Shown here: positions 10,801-22,800 of the stretch, one piece after another | How positions within the stretch are numbered: the stretch's first letter is position 1 | How the letters are laid out: each line of letters starts with the position of its first letter | Assembly (NCBI GenBank): GCA_002269645.1 | Contig: NIVC01000524.1 | Location: 1 to 64,000, forward strand | DNA from: Macrostomum lignano | Lineage: Eukaryota | Direction: 5' to 3' | DNA length: 64,000 nucleotides | Translations under genes and position numbers: made by a program | The notes under the pieces: generated by a model | Told to the model about the DNA's origin: nothing | Databases searched by the model: none | Seen by the model: only the letters and a program-made list of their open reading frames with translations

Positions 10801-13800
10801 CAAGAGAGAGGAGAGAGAATTGAGGGAGACAAGAGAGAGAGAGAGAATTGAGGGAGACAAGAGAGAGGAGAGAGAATTGAGGGAGACAAGAGAGAAGAGA
10901 GAGAATTGAGGGAGACAAGAGAGAGGAGAGAGAATTGAGGGAGACAAGAGAGAAAAGAGAGAATTGAGGGAGACAAGAGAGAAGAGAGAGAATTGAGGGA
11001 GACAAGAGAGAAAAGAGAGAATTGAGGGAGACAAGAGAGAAGAGAGAGAATTGAGGGAGACAAGAGAGAGGAGAGAGAATTGAGGGAGACAAGAGAGAAG
11101 AGAGAGAATTGAGGGAGACAAGAGAGAAGAGAGAGAATTGAGGGAGACAAGAGAGAAGAGAGAGAATTGAGGGAGACAAGAGAGAAGAGAGAGAATTGAG
11201 GGAGACAAGAGAGAGGAGAGAGAATTGAGGGAGACAAGAGAGAGAGAGAGAATTGAGGGAGACAAGAGAGAAGAGAGAGAATTGAGGGAGACAAGAGAGA
11301 GGAGAGAGAATTGAGGGAGACAAGAGAGAAGAGAGAGAATTGAGGGAGACAAGAGAGAGGAGAGAGAATTGAGGGAGACAAGAGAGAAGAGAGAGAATTG
11401 AGGGAGACAAGAGAGAAGAGAGAGAATTGAGGGAGACAAGAGAGAAAAGAGAGAATTGAGGGAGACAAGAGAGAAGAGAGAGAATTGAGGGAGACAAGAG
11501 AGAAGAGAGAGAATTGAGGAAGACAAGAGAGGGAGAGAGAGAATTGAGGGAGACAAGAGAGAGGAGAGAGAATTGAGGGAGACAAGAGAGAAAAGAGAGA
11601 ATTGAGGGAGGCAAGAGAGAGGAGAGAGAATTGAGGGAGACAAGAGAGAAGAGAGAGAATTGAGGGAGACAAGAGAGAAGAGAGAGAATTGAGGGAGACA
11701 AGAGAGAGGAGAGAGAATTGAGGGAGACAAGAGAGAAGAGAGAGAATTGAGGGAGACAAGAGAGAAGAGAGAGAATTGAGGGAGACAAGAGAGAAAGAGA
11801 GAATTGAAGGGAGACAAGAGAGAAGAGAGAGAATTGAGGGAGACAAGAGAGAGGAGAGAGAATTGAGGGAGACAAGAGAGAAGAGAGAGAATTGAGGGAG
11901 ACAAGAGAGAAGAGAGAGAATTGAGGGAGACAAGAGAGAAGAGAGAGAATTGAGGGAGACAAGAGAGAAGAGAGAGAATTGAGGGAGACAAGAGAGAGGA
12001 GAGAGAATTGAGGGAGACAAGAGAGAGAGAGAGAATTGAGGGAGACAAGAGAGAAAAGAGAGAATTGAGGGAGACAAGAGAGAAGAGAGAGAATTGAGGG
12101 AGACAAGAGAGAGGAGAGAGAATTGAGGGAGACAAGAGAGAAGAGAGAGAATTGAGGGAGACAAGAGAGAAGAGAGAGAATTGAGGGAGACAAGAGAGAG
12201 GAGAGAGAATTGAGGGAGACAAGAGAGAAGAGAGAGAATTGAGGGAGACAAGAGAGAGGAGAGAGAATTGAGGGAGACAAGAGAGAAAAGAGAGAATTGA
12301 GGGAGACAAGAGAGAGGAGAGAGAATTGAGGGAGACAAGAGAGAGGAGAGAGAATTGAGGGAGACAAGAGAGAAAAGAGAGAATTGAGGGAGACAAGAGA
12401 GAAAGAGAGAATTGAGGGAGACAAGAGAGAAGAGAGAGAATTGAGGGAGACAAGAGAGAGAGAGAGAATTGAGGGAGACAAGAGAGAAGAGAGAGAATTG
12501 AGGGAGACAAGAGAGAGGAGAGAGAATTGAGGGAGACAAGAGAGAAAAGAGAGAATTGAGGGAGACAAGAGAGAAGAGAGAGAATTGAGGGAGACAAGAG
12601 AGAAAGAGAGAATTGAGGGAGACAAGAGAGAAGAGAGAGAATTGAGGGAGACAAGAGAGAAGAGAGAGAATTGAGGGAGACAAGAGAGAAGAGAGAGAAT
12701 TGAGGGAGACAAGAGAGAAGAGAGAGAATTGAGGGAGACAAGAGAGAGGAGAGAGAATTGAGGGAGACAAGAGAGAAAGAGAGAATTGAGGGAGACAAGA
12801 GAGAAGAGAGAGAATTGAGGGAGACAAGAGAGAAGAGAGAGAATTGAGGAGACAAGAGAGAAGAGAGAGAATTGAGGGAGACAAGAGAGAGAGAGAGAAT
12901 TGAGGGAGACAAGAGAGAAGAGAGAGAATTGAGGGAGACAAGAGAGAAGAGAGAGAATTGAGGGAGACAAGAGAGAAGAGAGAGAATTGAGGGAGACAAG
13001 AGAGAAGAGAGAGAATTGAGGGAGACAAGAGAGAAGAGAGAGAATTGAGGGAGACAAGAGAGAAGAGAGAGAATTGAGGGAGACAAGAGAGAGAGAGAGA
13101 ATTGAGGGAGACAAGAGAGAAGAGAGAGAATTGAGGGAGACAAGAGAGAAGAGAGAGAATTGAGGGAGACAAGAGAGAAGAGAGAGAATTGAGGGAGACA
13201 AGAGAGAAGAGAGAGAATTGAGGGAGACAAGAGAGAAGAGAGAGAATTGAGGGAGACAAGAGAGAGGAGAGAGAATTGAGGGAGACAAGAGAGAAGAGAG
13301 AGAATTGAGGGAGACAAGAGAGAGGAGAGAGAATTGAGGGAGACAAGAGAGAGGAGAGAGAATTGAGGGAGACAAGAGAGAGAGAGAGAATTGAGGGAGA
13401 CAAGAGAGAAGAGAGAGAAAAGAGAGAATTGAGGGAGACAAGAGAGAAGAGAGAGAATTGAGGGAGACAAGAGAGAAGAGAGAGAATTGAGGGAGACAAG
13501 AGAGAGGAGAGAGAATTGAGGGAGACAAGAGAGAGGAGAGAGAATTGAGGGAGACAAGAGAGAGGAGAGAGAATTGAGGGAGACAAGAGAGAAAGAGAGA
13601 ATTGAGGGAGACAAGAGAGAAGAGAGAGAATTGAGGGAGACAAGAGAGAAGAGAGAGAATTGAGGGAGACAAGAGAGAGGAGAGAGAATTGAGGGAGACA
13701 AGAGAGAGAGAGAGAATTGAGGGAGACAAGAGAGAAAAGAGAGAATTGAGGGAGACAAGAGAGAAGAGAGAGAATTGAGGGAGACAAGAGAGAGGAGAGA

Positions 13801-16800
13801 GAATTGAGGGAGACAAGAGAGAAGAGAGAGAATTGAGGGAGACAAGAGAGAAGAGAGAGAATTGAGGGAGACAAGAGAGAGAGAGAGAATTGAGGGAGAC
13901 AAGAGAGAAGAGAGAGAATTGAGGGAGACAAGAGAGAGAGAGAGAATTGAGGGAGACAAGAGAGAAGAGAGAGAATTGAGGGAGACAAGAGAGAAGAGAG
14001 AGAATTGAGGGAGACAAGAGAGAAGAGAGAGAATTGAGGGAGACAAGAGAGAGGAGAGAGAATTGAGGGAGACAAGAGAGAAGAGAGAGAATTGAGGGAG
14101 ACAAGAGAGAGGAGAGAGAATTGAGGGAGACAAGAGAGAAGAGAGAGAATTGAGGGAGACAAGAGAGAGAGAGAGAATTGAGGGAGACAAGAGAGAGAGA
14201 GAGAATTGAGGGAGACAAGAGAGAAGAAGAGAGAATTGAGGGAGACAAGAGAGAAGAGAGAGAATTGAGGGAGACAAGAGAGAAGAGAGAGAATTGAGGG
14301 AGACAAGAGAGAAGAGAGAGAATTGAGGGAGACAAGAGAGAAGAGAGAGAATTGAGGGAGACAAGAGAGAAGAGAGAGAATTGAGGAGACAAGAGAGAAG
14401 AGAGAGAATTGAGGGAGACAAGAGAGAGAGAGAGAATTGAGGGAGACAAGAGAGAAAGAGAGAATTGAGGGAGACAAGAGAGAAGAGAGAGAATTGAGGG
14501 AGACAAGAGAGAAGAGAGAGAATTGAGGGAGACAAGAGAGAGAGAGAGAATTGAGGGAGACAAGAGAGAAGAGAGAGAATTGAGGGAGACAAGAGAGAAG
14601 AGAGAGAATTGAGGGAGACAAGAGAGAAGAGAGAGAATTGAGGGAGACAAGAGAGAAGAGAGAGAATTGAGGGAGACAAGAGAGAAGAGAGAGAATTGAG
14701 GGAGACAAGAGAGAGGAGAGAGAATTGAGGGAGACAAGAGAGAAGAGAGAGAATTGAGGGAGACAAGAGAGAGGAGAGAGAATTGAGGGAGACAAGAGAG
14801 AAGAGAGAGAATTGAGGGAGACAAGAGAGAAGAGAGAGAATTGAGGGAGACAAGAGAGAAGAGAGAGAATTGAGGGAGACAAGAGAGAGGAGAGAGAATT
14901 GAGGGAGACAAGAGAGAAGAGAGAGAATTGAGGGAGACAAGAGAGAGGAGAGAGAATTGAGGGAGACAAGAGAGAAGAGAGAGAATTGAGGGAGACAAGA
15001 GAGAGGAGAGAGAATTGAGGGAGACAAGAGAGAGAGAGAGAATTGAGGGAGACAAGAGAGAAGAGAGAGAGAGAATTGAGGGAGACAAGAGAGAAGAGAG
15101 AGAATTGAGGGAGACAAGAGAGAGAGAGAGAATTGAGGGAGACAAGAGAGAGAGAGAGAGAATTGAGGGAGACAAGAGAGAGAGAGAGAGAGAGAATTGA
15201 GGGAGACAAGAGAGAAGAGAGAGAATTGAGGGAGACAAGAGAGAAGAGAGAGAATTGAGGGAGACAAGAGAGAGGAGAGAGAATTGAGGGAGACAAGAGA
15301 GAGGAGAGAGAATTGAGGGAGACAAGAGAGAGGAGAGAGAATTGAGGGAGACAAGAGAGAAAGAGAGAATTGAGGGAGACAAGAGAGAGAGAGAGAATTG
15401 AGGGAGACAAGAGAGAGGAGAGAGAATTGAGGGAGACAAGAGAGAGGAGAGAGAATTGAGGGAGACAAGAGAGAGGAGAGAGAATTGAGGGAGACAAGAG
15501 AGAAGAGAGAATTGAGGGAGACAAGAGAGAAGAGAGAGAATTGAGGGAGACAAGAGAGAGAGAGAGAATTGAGGGAGACAAGAGAGAAGAGAGAGAATTG
15601 AGGGAGACAAGAGAGAAGAGAGAGAATTGAGGGAGACAAGAGAGAGGAGAGAGAATTGAGGGAGACAAGAGAGAAGAGAGAGAATTGAGGGAGACAAGAG
15701 AGAGGAGAGAGAATTGAGGGAGACAAGAGAGAAGAGAGAGAATTGAGGGAGACAAGAGAGAAGAGAGAGAATTGAGGGAGACAAGAGAGAAGAGAGAGAA
15801 TTGAGGGAGACAAGAGAGAGGAGAGAGAATTGAGGGAGACAAGAGAGAAGAGAGAGAATTGAGGGAGACAAGAGAGAGGAGAGAGAATTGAGGGAGACAA
15901 GAGAGAAGAGAGAGAATTGAGGGAGACAAGAGAGAAGAGAGAGAATTGAGGGAGACAAGAGAGAGGAGAGAGAATTGAGGGAGACAAGAGATTGAGGGAG
16001 ACAAGAGAGAAGAGAGAGAATTGAGGGAGACAAGAGAGAAGAGAGAGAATTGATTATATTCCGGTTTTCCATTTCACGCGCCCAACTTGTATCGAAGTCC
16101 ATGAGCACGAGAATTCGTCCAGTTTTGTAAAAGAATCCGGGAAATAAATGCGAATTCGGAAACCCGCACTGATCCTGATTGAGGAAGATAAAATGCAGAT
16201 GGGAGCCGAGGATTATCTGTGCTGGTGCAGCGTTTCTGAGCATCGAATTACTGTGCCTGTATAGATATTATTTATTTAATACTTCGCCGCGCGCCGAATC
16301 AGTGGAGATAAAAGAATCGGGGGAGGGGGGGGCGAGGGTTCCAGTTGCTTTGCAGACCGGCTTTTGATAATAATCGCGCGTTTTTTTGTGGCTGTAATTC
16401 ACCCGCGCGTGGGAAACTTGGCCGAAGAAATCGAAGAAAGTTTCGGTTTTCTTTCGTAGAACAAATTGTGCTGGACTTGCTGCTTTTGCACTGGGAATCT
16501 GTTTATTTGTTTGGCCATTTCTGGCACGTTTTAACCGCATCTAGCAATGTTTGTTTAGCATCTGTTTATGAACTTTTTAGCATCTGTTTATAATCTGCTT
16601 AGCATCTGTTTATAATCTGGTTAGCATCTGTTTGTAATCTGCTTAGCATCTGTTTATAGTCTGCTTAGCATCTGTTTATAATCTGTTTAGCATCTGTTTG
16701 TAATCTGCTTAGCATCTGTTTATAGTCTGTTTAGCATCTGTTTATAATCTGCTTAGCATCTGTTTATAATCTGTTTAGCATCTGCTTGTAATCTGCTTAG

Positions 16801-19800
16801 CATCTGTTTGTAATCTGCTTAGCATCTGTTTATAATCTGCTTAGCATCTGTTTGTAATCTGCTTAGCATCTGTTTATAATCTGCTTAGCATCTGTTTATA
16901 ATCTGTTTAGCATCTGTTTGTAATCTGCTTAGCATCTGTTTATAGTCTGCTTAGCATCTGTTTATAATCTGCTTAGCATCTGTTTGTAATCTGCTTAGCA
17001 TCTGTTTGTAATCTGTTTAGCATCTGTTTGTAATCTGCTTAGCATCTGTTTATAATCTGCTTAGCATCTGTTTATAATCTGCTTAGCATCTGTTTGTAAT
17101 CTGCTTAGCATCTGTTTATAATCTGCTTAGCATCTGTTTATAATCTGCTTAGCATCTGTTTATAATCTGCTTATGGCCACAGTTATATGCATATATCGAT
17201 TTAATACAACGGGCCAAGGCCCGTGAACAGATTGGAGGCTGGCTGTTGATATTGAACTAATCTAATATTGACTTGCTGTTTATGGAGGTGAGAGAACGGG
17301 GGATAGGTTCAGGATAACTGCCGGTCAGTTACGGATGCATTGAGGGAGACAAGAGAGAAGAGAGAGAATTGAGGGAGACAAGAGAGAAAAGAGAGAATTG
17401 AGGGAGACAAGAGAGAAGAGAGAGAATTGAGGGAGACAAGAGAGAAGAGAGAGAATTGAGGAAGACAAGAGAGGGAGAGAGAGAATTGAGGGAGACAAGA
17501 GAGAGGAGAGAGAATTGAGGGAGACAAGAGAGAAAAGAGAGAATTGAGGGAGGCAAGAGAGAGGAGAGAGAATTGAGGGAGACAAGAGAGAAGAGAGAGA
17601 ATTGAGGGAGACAAGAGAGAAGAGAGAGAATTGAGGGAGACAAGAGAGAAGAGAGAGAATTGAGGGAGACAAGAGAGAGGAGAGAGAATTGAGGGAGACA
17701 AGAGAGAAAAGAGAGAATTGAGGGAGACAAGAGAGAAGAGAGAGAATTGAGGGAGACAAGAGAGAAGAGAGAGAATTGAGGGAGACAAGAGAGAAGAGAG
17801 AGAATTGAGGGAGACAAGAGAGAAGAGAGAGAATTGAGGGAGACAAGAGAGAAGAGAGAGAATTGAGGGAGACAAGAGAGAAGAGAGAGAATTGAGGGAG
17901 ACAAGAGAGAAGAGAGAGAATTGAGGGAGACAAGAGAGAAGAGAGAGAATTGAGGGAGACAAGAGAGAAGAGAGAGAATTGAGGGAGACAAGAGAGAAGA
18001 GAGAGAATTGAGGGAGACAAGAGAGAGGAGAGAGAATTGAGGGAGACAAGAGAGAAGAGAGAGAATTGAGGGAGACAAGAGAGAAGAGAGAGAATTGAGG
18101 GAGACAAGAGAGAAGAGAGAGAATTGAGGGAGACAAGAGAGAAGAGAGAGAATTGAGGGAGACAAGAGAGAAGAGAGAGAATTGAGGGAGACAAGAGAGA
18201 GGAGAGAGAATTGAGGGAGACAAGAGAGAAGAGAGAGAATTGAGGGAGACAAGAGAGAGGAGAGAGAATTGAGGGAGACAAGATAGAGGAGAGAGAATTG
18301 AGGGAGACAAGAGAGAGAGAGAGAATTGAGGGAGACAAGAGAGAAGAGAGAGAAAAGAGAGAATTGAGGGAGACAAGAGAGAAGAGAGAGAATTGAGGGA
18401 GACAAGAGAGAAGAGAGAGAATTGAGGGAGACAAGAGAGAGGAGAGAGAATTGAGGGAGACAAGAGAGAGGAGAGAGAATTGAGGGAGACAAGAGAGAGG
18501 AGAGAGAATTGAGGGAGACAAGAGAGAAAAGAGAGAATTGAGGGAGACAAGAGAGAAGAGAGAGAATTGAGGGAGACAAGAGAGAGGAGAGAGAATTGAG
18601 GGAGACAAGAGAGAGGAGAGAGAATTGAGGGAGACAAGAGAGAGGAGAGAGAATTGAGGGAGACAAGAGAGAAAAGAGAGAATTGAGGGAGACAAGAGAG
18701 AAGAGAGAGAATTGAGGGAGACAAGAGAGAGGAGAGAGAATTGAGGGAGACAAGAGAGAAGAGAGAGAATTGAGGGAGACAAGAGAGAAGAGAGAGAATT
18801 GAGGGAGACAAGAGAGAGGAGAGAGAATTGAGGGAGACAAGAGAGAAGAGAGAGAATTGAGGGAGACAAGAGAGAGGAGAGAGAATTGAGGGAGACAAGA
18901 GAGAAGAGAGAGAATTGAGGGAGACAAGAGAGAAGAGAGAGAATTGAGGGAGACAAGAGAGAAGAGAGAGAATTGAGGGAGACAAGAGAGAGGAGAGAGA
19001 ATTGAGGGAGACAAGAGAGAAGAGAGAGAATTGAGGGAGACAAGAGAGAGGAGAGAGAATTGAGGGAGACAAGAGAGAAGAGAGAGAATTGAGGGAGACA
19101 AGAGAGAGGAGAGAGAATTGAGGGAGACAAGAGAGAGGAGAGAGAATTGAGGGAGACAAGAGAGAAGAGAGAGAATTGAGGGAGACAAGAGAGAGGAGAG
19201 AGAATTGAGGGAGACAAGAGAGAAGAGAGAGAATTGAGGGAGACAAGAGAGAAGAGAGAGAATTGAGGGAGACAAGAGAGAAGAGAGAGAATTGAGGGAG
19301 ACAAGAGAGAGGAGAGGATTATATTCCGGTTTTCCATTTCACGCGCCCAACTTGTATCGAAGTCCATGAGCACGAGAATTCGTCCAGTTTTGTAAAAGAA
19401 TCCGGGAAATAAATGCGAATTCGGAAACCCGCACCGATCCTGATTGAGGAAGATAAAATGCAGATGGGAGCCGAGGATTATCTGTGCTGGTGCAGCGTTT
19501 CTGAGCATCGAATTACTGTGCCTGTATAGATATTATTTATTTAATACTTCGCCGCGCGCCGAATCAGTGGAGATAAAAGAATCGGGGGAGGGGGGGGGCG
19601 AGGGTTCCAGTTGCTTTGCAGACCGGCTTTTGATAATAATCGCGCGTTTTTTTGTGGCTGTAATTCACCCGCGCGTGGGAAACTTGGCCGAAGAAATCGA
19701 AGAAAGTTTCGGTTTTCTTTCGTAGAACAAATTGTGCTGGACTTGCTGCTTTTGCACTGGGAATCTGTTTATTTGTTTGGCCATTTCTGGCACGTTTTAA

Positions 19801-22800
19801 CCGCATCTAGCAATGTTTGTTTAGCATCTGTTTATGAACTTTTTAGCATCTGTTTATAATCTGCTTAGCATCTGTTTATAATCTGGTTAGCATCTGTTTG
19901 TAATCTGCTTAGCATCTGTTTATAGTCTGCTTAGCATCTGTTTATAATCTGTTTAGCATCTGTTTGTAATCTGCTTAGCATCTGTTTATAGTCTGTTTAG
20001 CATCTGTTTATAATCTGCTTAGCATCTGTTTATAATCTGTTTAGCATCTGCTTGTAATCTGCTTAGCATCTGTTTGTAATCTGCTTAGCATCTGTTTATA
20101 ATCTGCTTAGCATCTGTTTGTAATCTGCTTAGCATCTGTTTATAATCTGCTTAGCATCTGTTTATAATCTGTTTAGCATCTGTTTGTAATCTGCTTAGCA
20201 TCTGTTTATAGTCTGCTTAGCATCTGTTTATAATCTGCTTAGCATCTGTTTGTAATCTGCTTAGCATCTGTTTGTAATCTGTTTAGCATCTGTTTGTAAT
20301 CTGCTTAGCATCTGTTTATAATCTGCTTAGCATCTGTTTATAATCTGCTTAGCATCTGTTTGTAATCTGCTTAGCATCTGTTTATAATCTGCTTAGCATC
20401 TGTTTATAATCTGCTTAGCATCTGTTTATAATCTGCTTATGGCCACAGTTATATGCATATATCGATTTAATACAACGGGCCAAGGCCCGTGAACAGATTG
20501 GAGGCTGGCTGTTGATATTGAACTAATCTAATATTGACTTGCTGTTTATGGAGGTGAGAGAACGGGGGATAAGTTCAGGATAACTGCCGGTCAGTTACGG
20601 ATGCATTGAGGGAGACAAGAGAGAAGAGAGAGAATTGAGGGAGACAAGAGAGAAAAGAGAGAATTGAGGGAGACAAGAGAGAAGAGAGAGAATTGAGGGA
20701 GACAAGAGAGAAGAGAGAGAATTGAGGAAGACAAGAGAGGGAGAGAGAGAATTGAGGGAGACAAGAGAGAGGAGAGAGAATTGAGGGAGACAAGAGAGAA
20801 AAGAGAGAATTGAGGGAGGCAAGAGAGAGGAGAGAGAATTGAGGGAGACAAGAGAGAAGAGAGAGAATTGAGGGAGACAAGAGAGAAGAGAGAGAATTGA
20901 GGGAGACAAGAGAGAAGAGAGAGAATTGAGGGAGACAAGAGAGAGGAGAGAGAATTGAGGGAGACAAGAGAGAAAAGAGAGAATTGAGGGAGACAAGAGA
21001 GAAGAGAGAGAATTGAGGGAGACAAGAGAGAAGAGAGAATTGAGGGAGACAAGAGAGAAAAGAGAGAATTGAGGGAGACAAGAGAGAAGAGAGAGAATTG
21101 AGGGAGACAAGAGAGAGGAGAGAGAATTGAGGGAGACAAGAGAGAAAGAGAGAATTGAGGGAGACAAGAGAGAAGAGAGAGAATTGAGGGAGACAAGAGA
21201 GAAGAGAGAGAATTGAGGGAGACAAGAGAGAAGAGAGAGAATTGAGGGAGACAAGAGAGAAGAGAGAGAATTGAGGGAGACAAGAGAGAGGAGAGAGAAT
21301 TGAGGGAGACAAGAGAGAAGAGAGAGAATTGAGGAAGACAAGAGAGAGGAGAGAGAGAATTGAGGGAGACAAGAGAGAGGAGAGAGAATTGAGGGAGACA
21401 AGAGAGAAGAGAGAGAATTGAGGGAGACAAGAGAGAGGAGAGAGAATTGAGGGAGACAAGAGAGAGGAGAGAGAATTGAGGGAGACAAGAGAGAGGAGAG
21501 AGAATTGAGGGAGACAAGAGAGAAGAGAGAGAATTGAGGAGACAAGAGAGGAGAGAGAGAATTGAGGGAGACAAGAGAGAGGAGAGAGAATTGAGGGAGA
21601 CAAGAGAGAGGAGAGAGAATTGAGGGAGACAAGAGAGAGGAGAGAGAATTGAGGGAGACAAGAGAGAAAAGAGAGAATTGAGGGAGACAAGAGAGAAGAG
21701 AGAGAATTGAGGGAGACAAGAGAGAGGAGAGAGAATTGAGGGAGACAAGAGAGAGGAGAGAGAATTGAGGGAGACAAGAGAGAGGAGAGAGAATTGAGGG
21801 AGACAAGAGAGAGGAGAGAGAATTGAGGGAGACAAGAGAGAAGAGAGAGAATTGAGGGAGACAAGAGAGAGGAGAGAGAATTGAGGGAGACAAGAGAGAA
21901 GAGAGAGAATTGAGGGAGACAAGAGAGAAGAGAGAGAATTGAGGGAGACAAGAGAGAGGAGAGAGAATTGAGGGAGACAAGAGAGAAGAGAGAGAATTGA
22001 GGGAGACAAGAGAGAGGAGAGAGAATTGAGGGAGACAAGAGAGAAGAGAGAGAATTGAGGGAGACAAGAGAGAAGAGAGAGAATTGAGGGAGACAAGAGA
22101 GAAGAGAGAGAATTGAGGGAGACAAGAGAGAGGAGAGAGAATTGAGGGAGACAAGAGAGAAGAGAGAGAATTGAGGGAGACAAGAGAGAGGAGAGAGAAT
22201 TGAGGGAGACAAGAGAGAAGAGAGAGAATTGAGGGAGACAAGAGAGAGGAGAGAGAATTGAGGGAGACAAGAGAGAGGAGAGAGAATTGAGGGAGACAAG
22301 AGAGAAGAGAGAGAATTGAGGGAGACAAGAGAGAGGAGAGAGAATTGAGGGAGACAAGAGAGAGAGAGAGAATTGAGGGAGACAACTTGAGGGAGACAAG
22401 AGAGAAGAGAGAGAATTGAGGGAGACAAGAGAGAGGAGAGGATTATATTCCGGTTTTCCATTTCACGCGCCCAACTTGTGTATGAACGAGAATCCGGTAA
22501 AAGAATCCGGGAAATAAATGCGAATTCGGAAACCCGCACCGATCCTGATTGAGGAAGATAAAATGCAGATGGGAGCCGAGGATTATCTGTGCTGGTGCAG
22601 CGTTTCTGAGCATCGAATTACTGTGCCTGTATAGATATTATTTATTTAATACTTCGCCGCGCGCCGAATCAGTGGAGATAAAAGAATCGGGGAGGGGGGG
22701 GGCGAGGGTTCCAGTTGCTTTGCAGACCGGCTTTTGATAATAATCGCGCGTTTTTTTGTGGCTGTAATTCACCCGCGCGTGGGAAACTTGGCCGAAGAAA

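Noticed and set aside
16052-17338. snRNA, SL RNA, 5S or tRNA gene in the macro-repeat unique blocks
   Set aside because: No recognisable Sm site context, A/B boxes or known RNA sequence.
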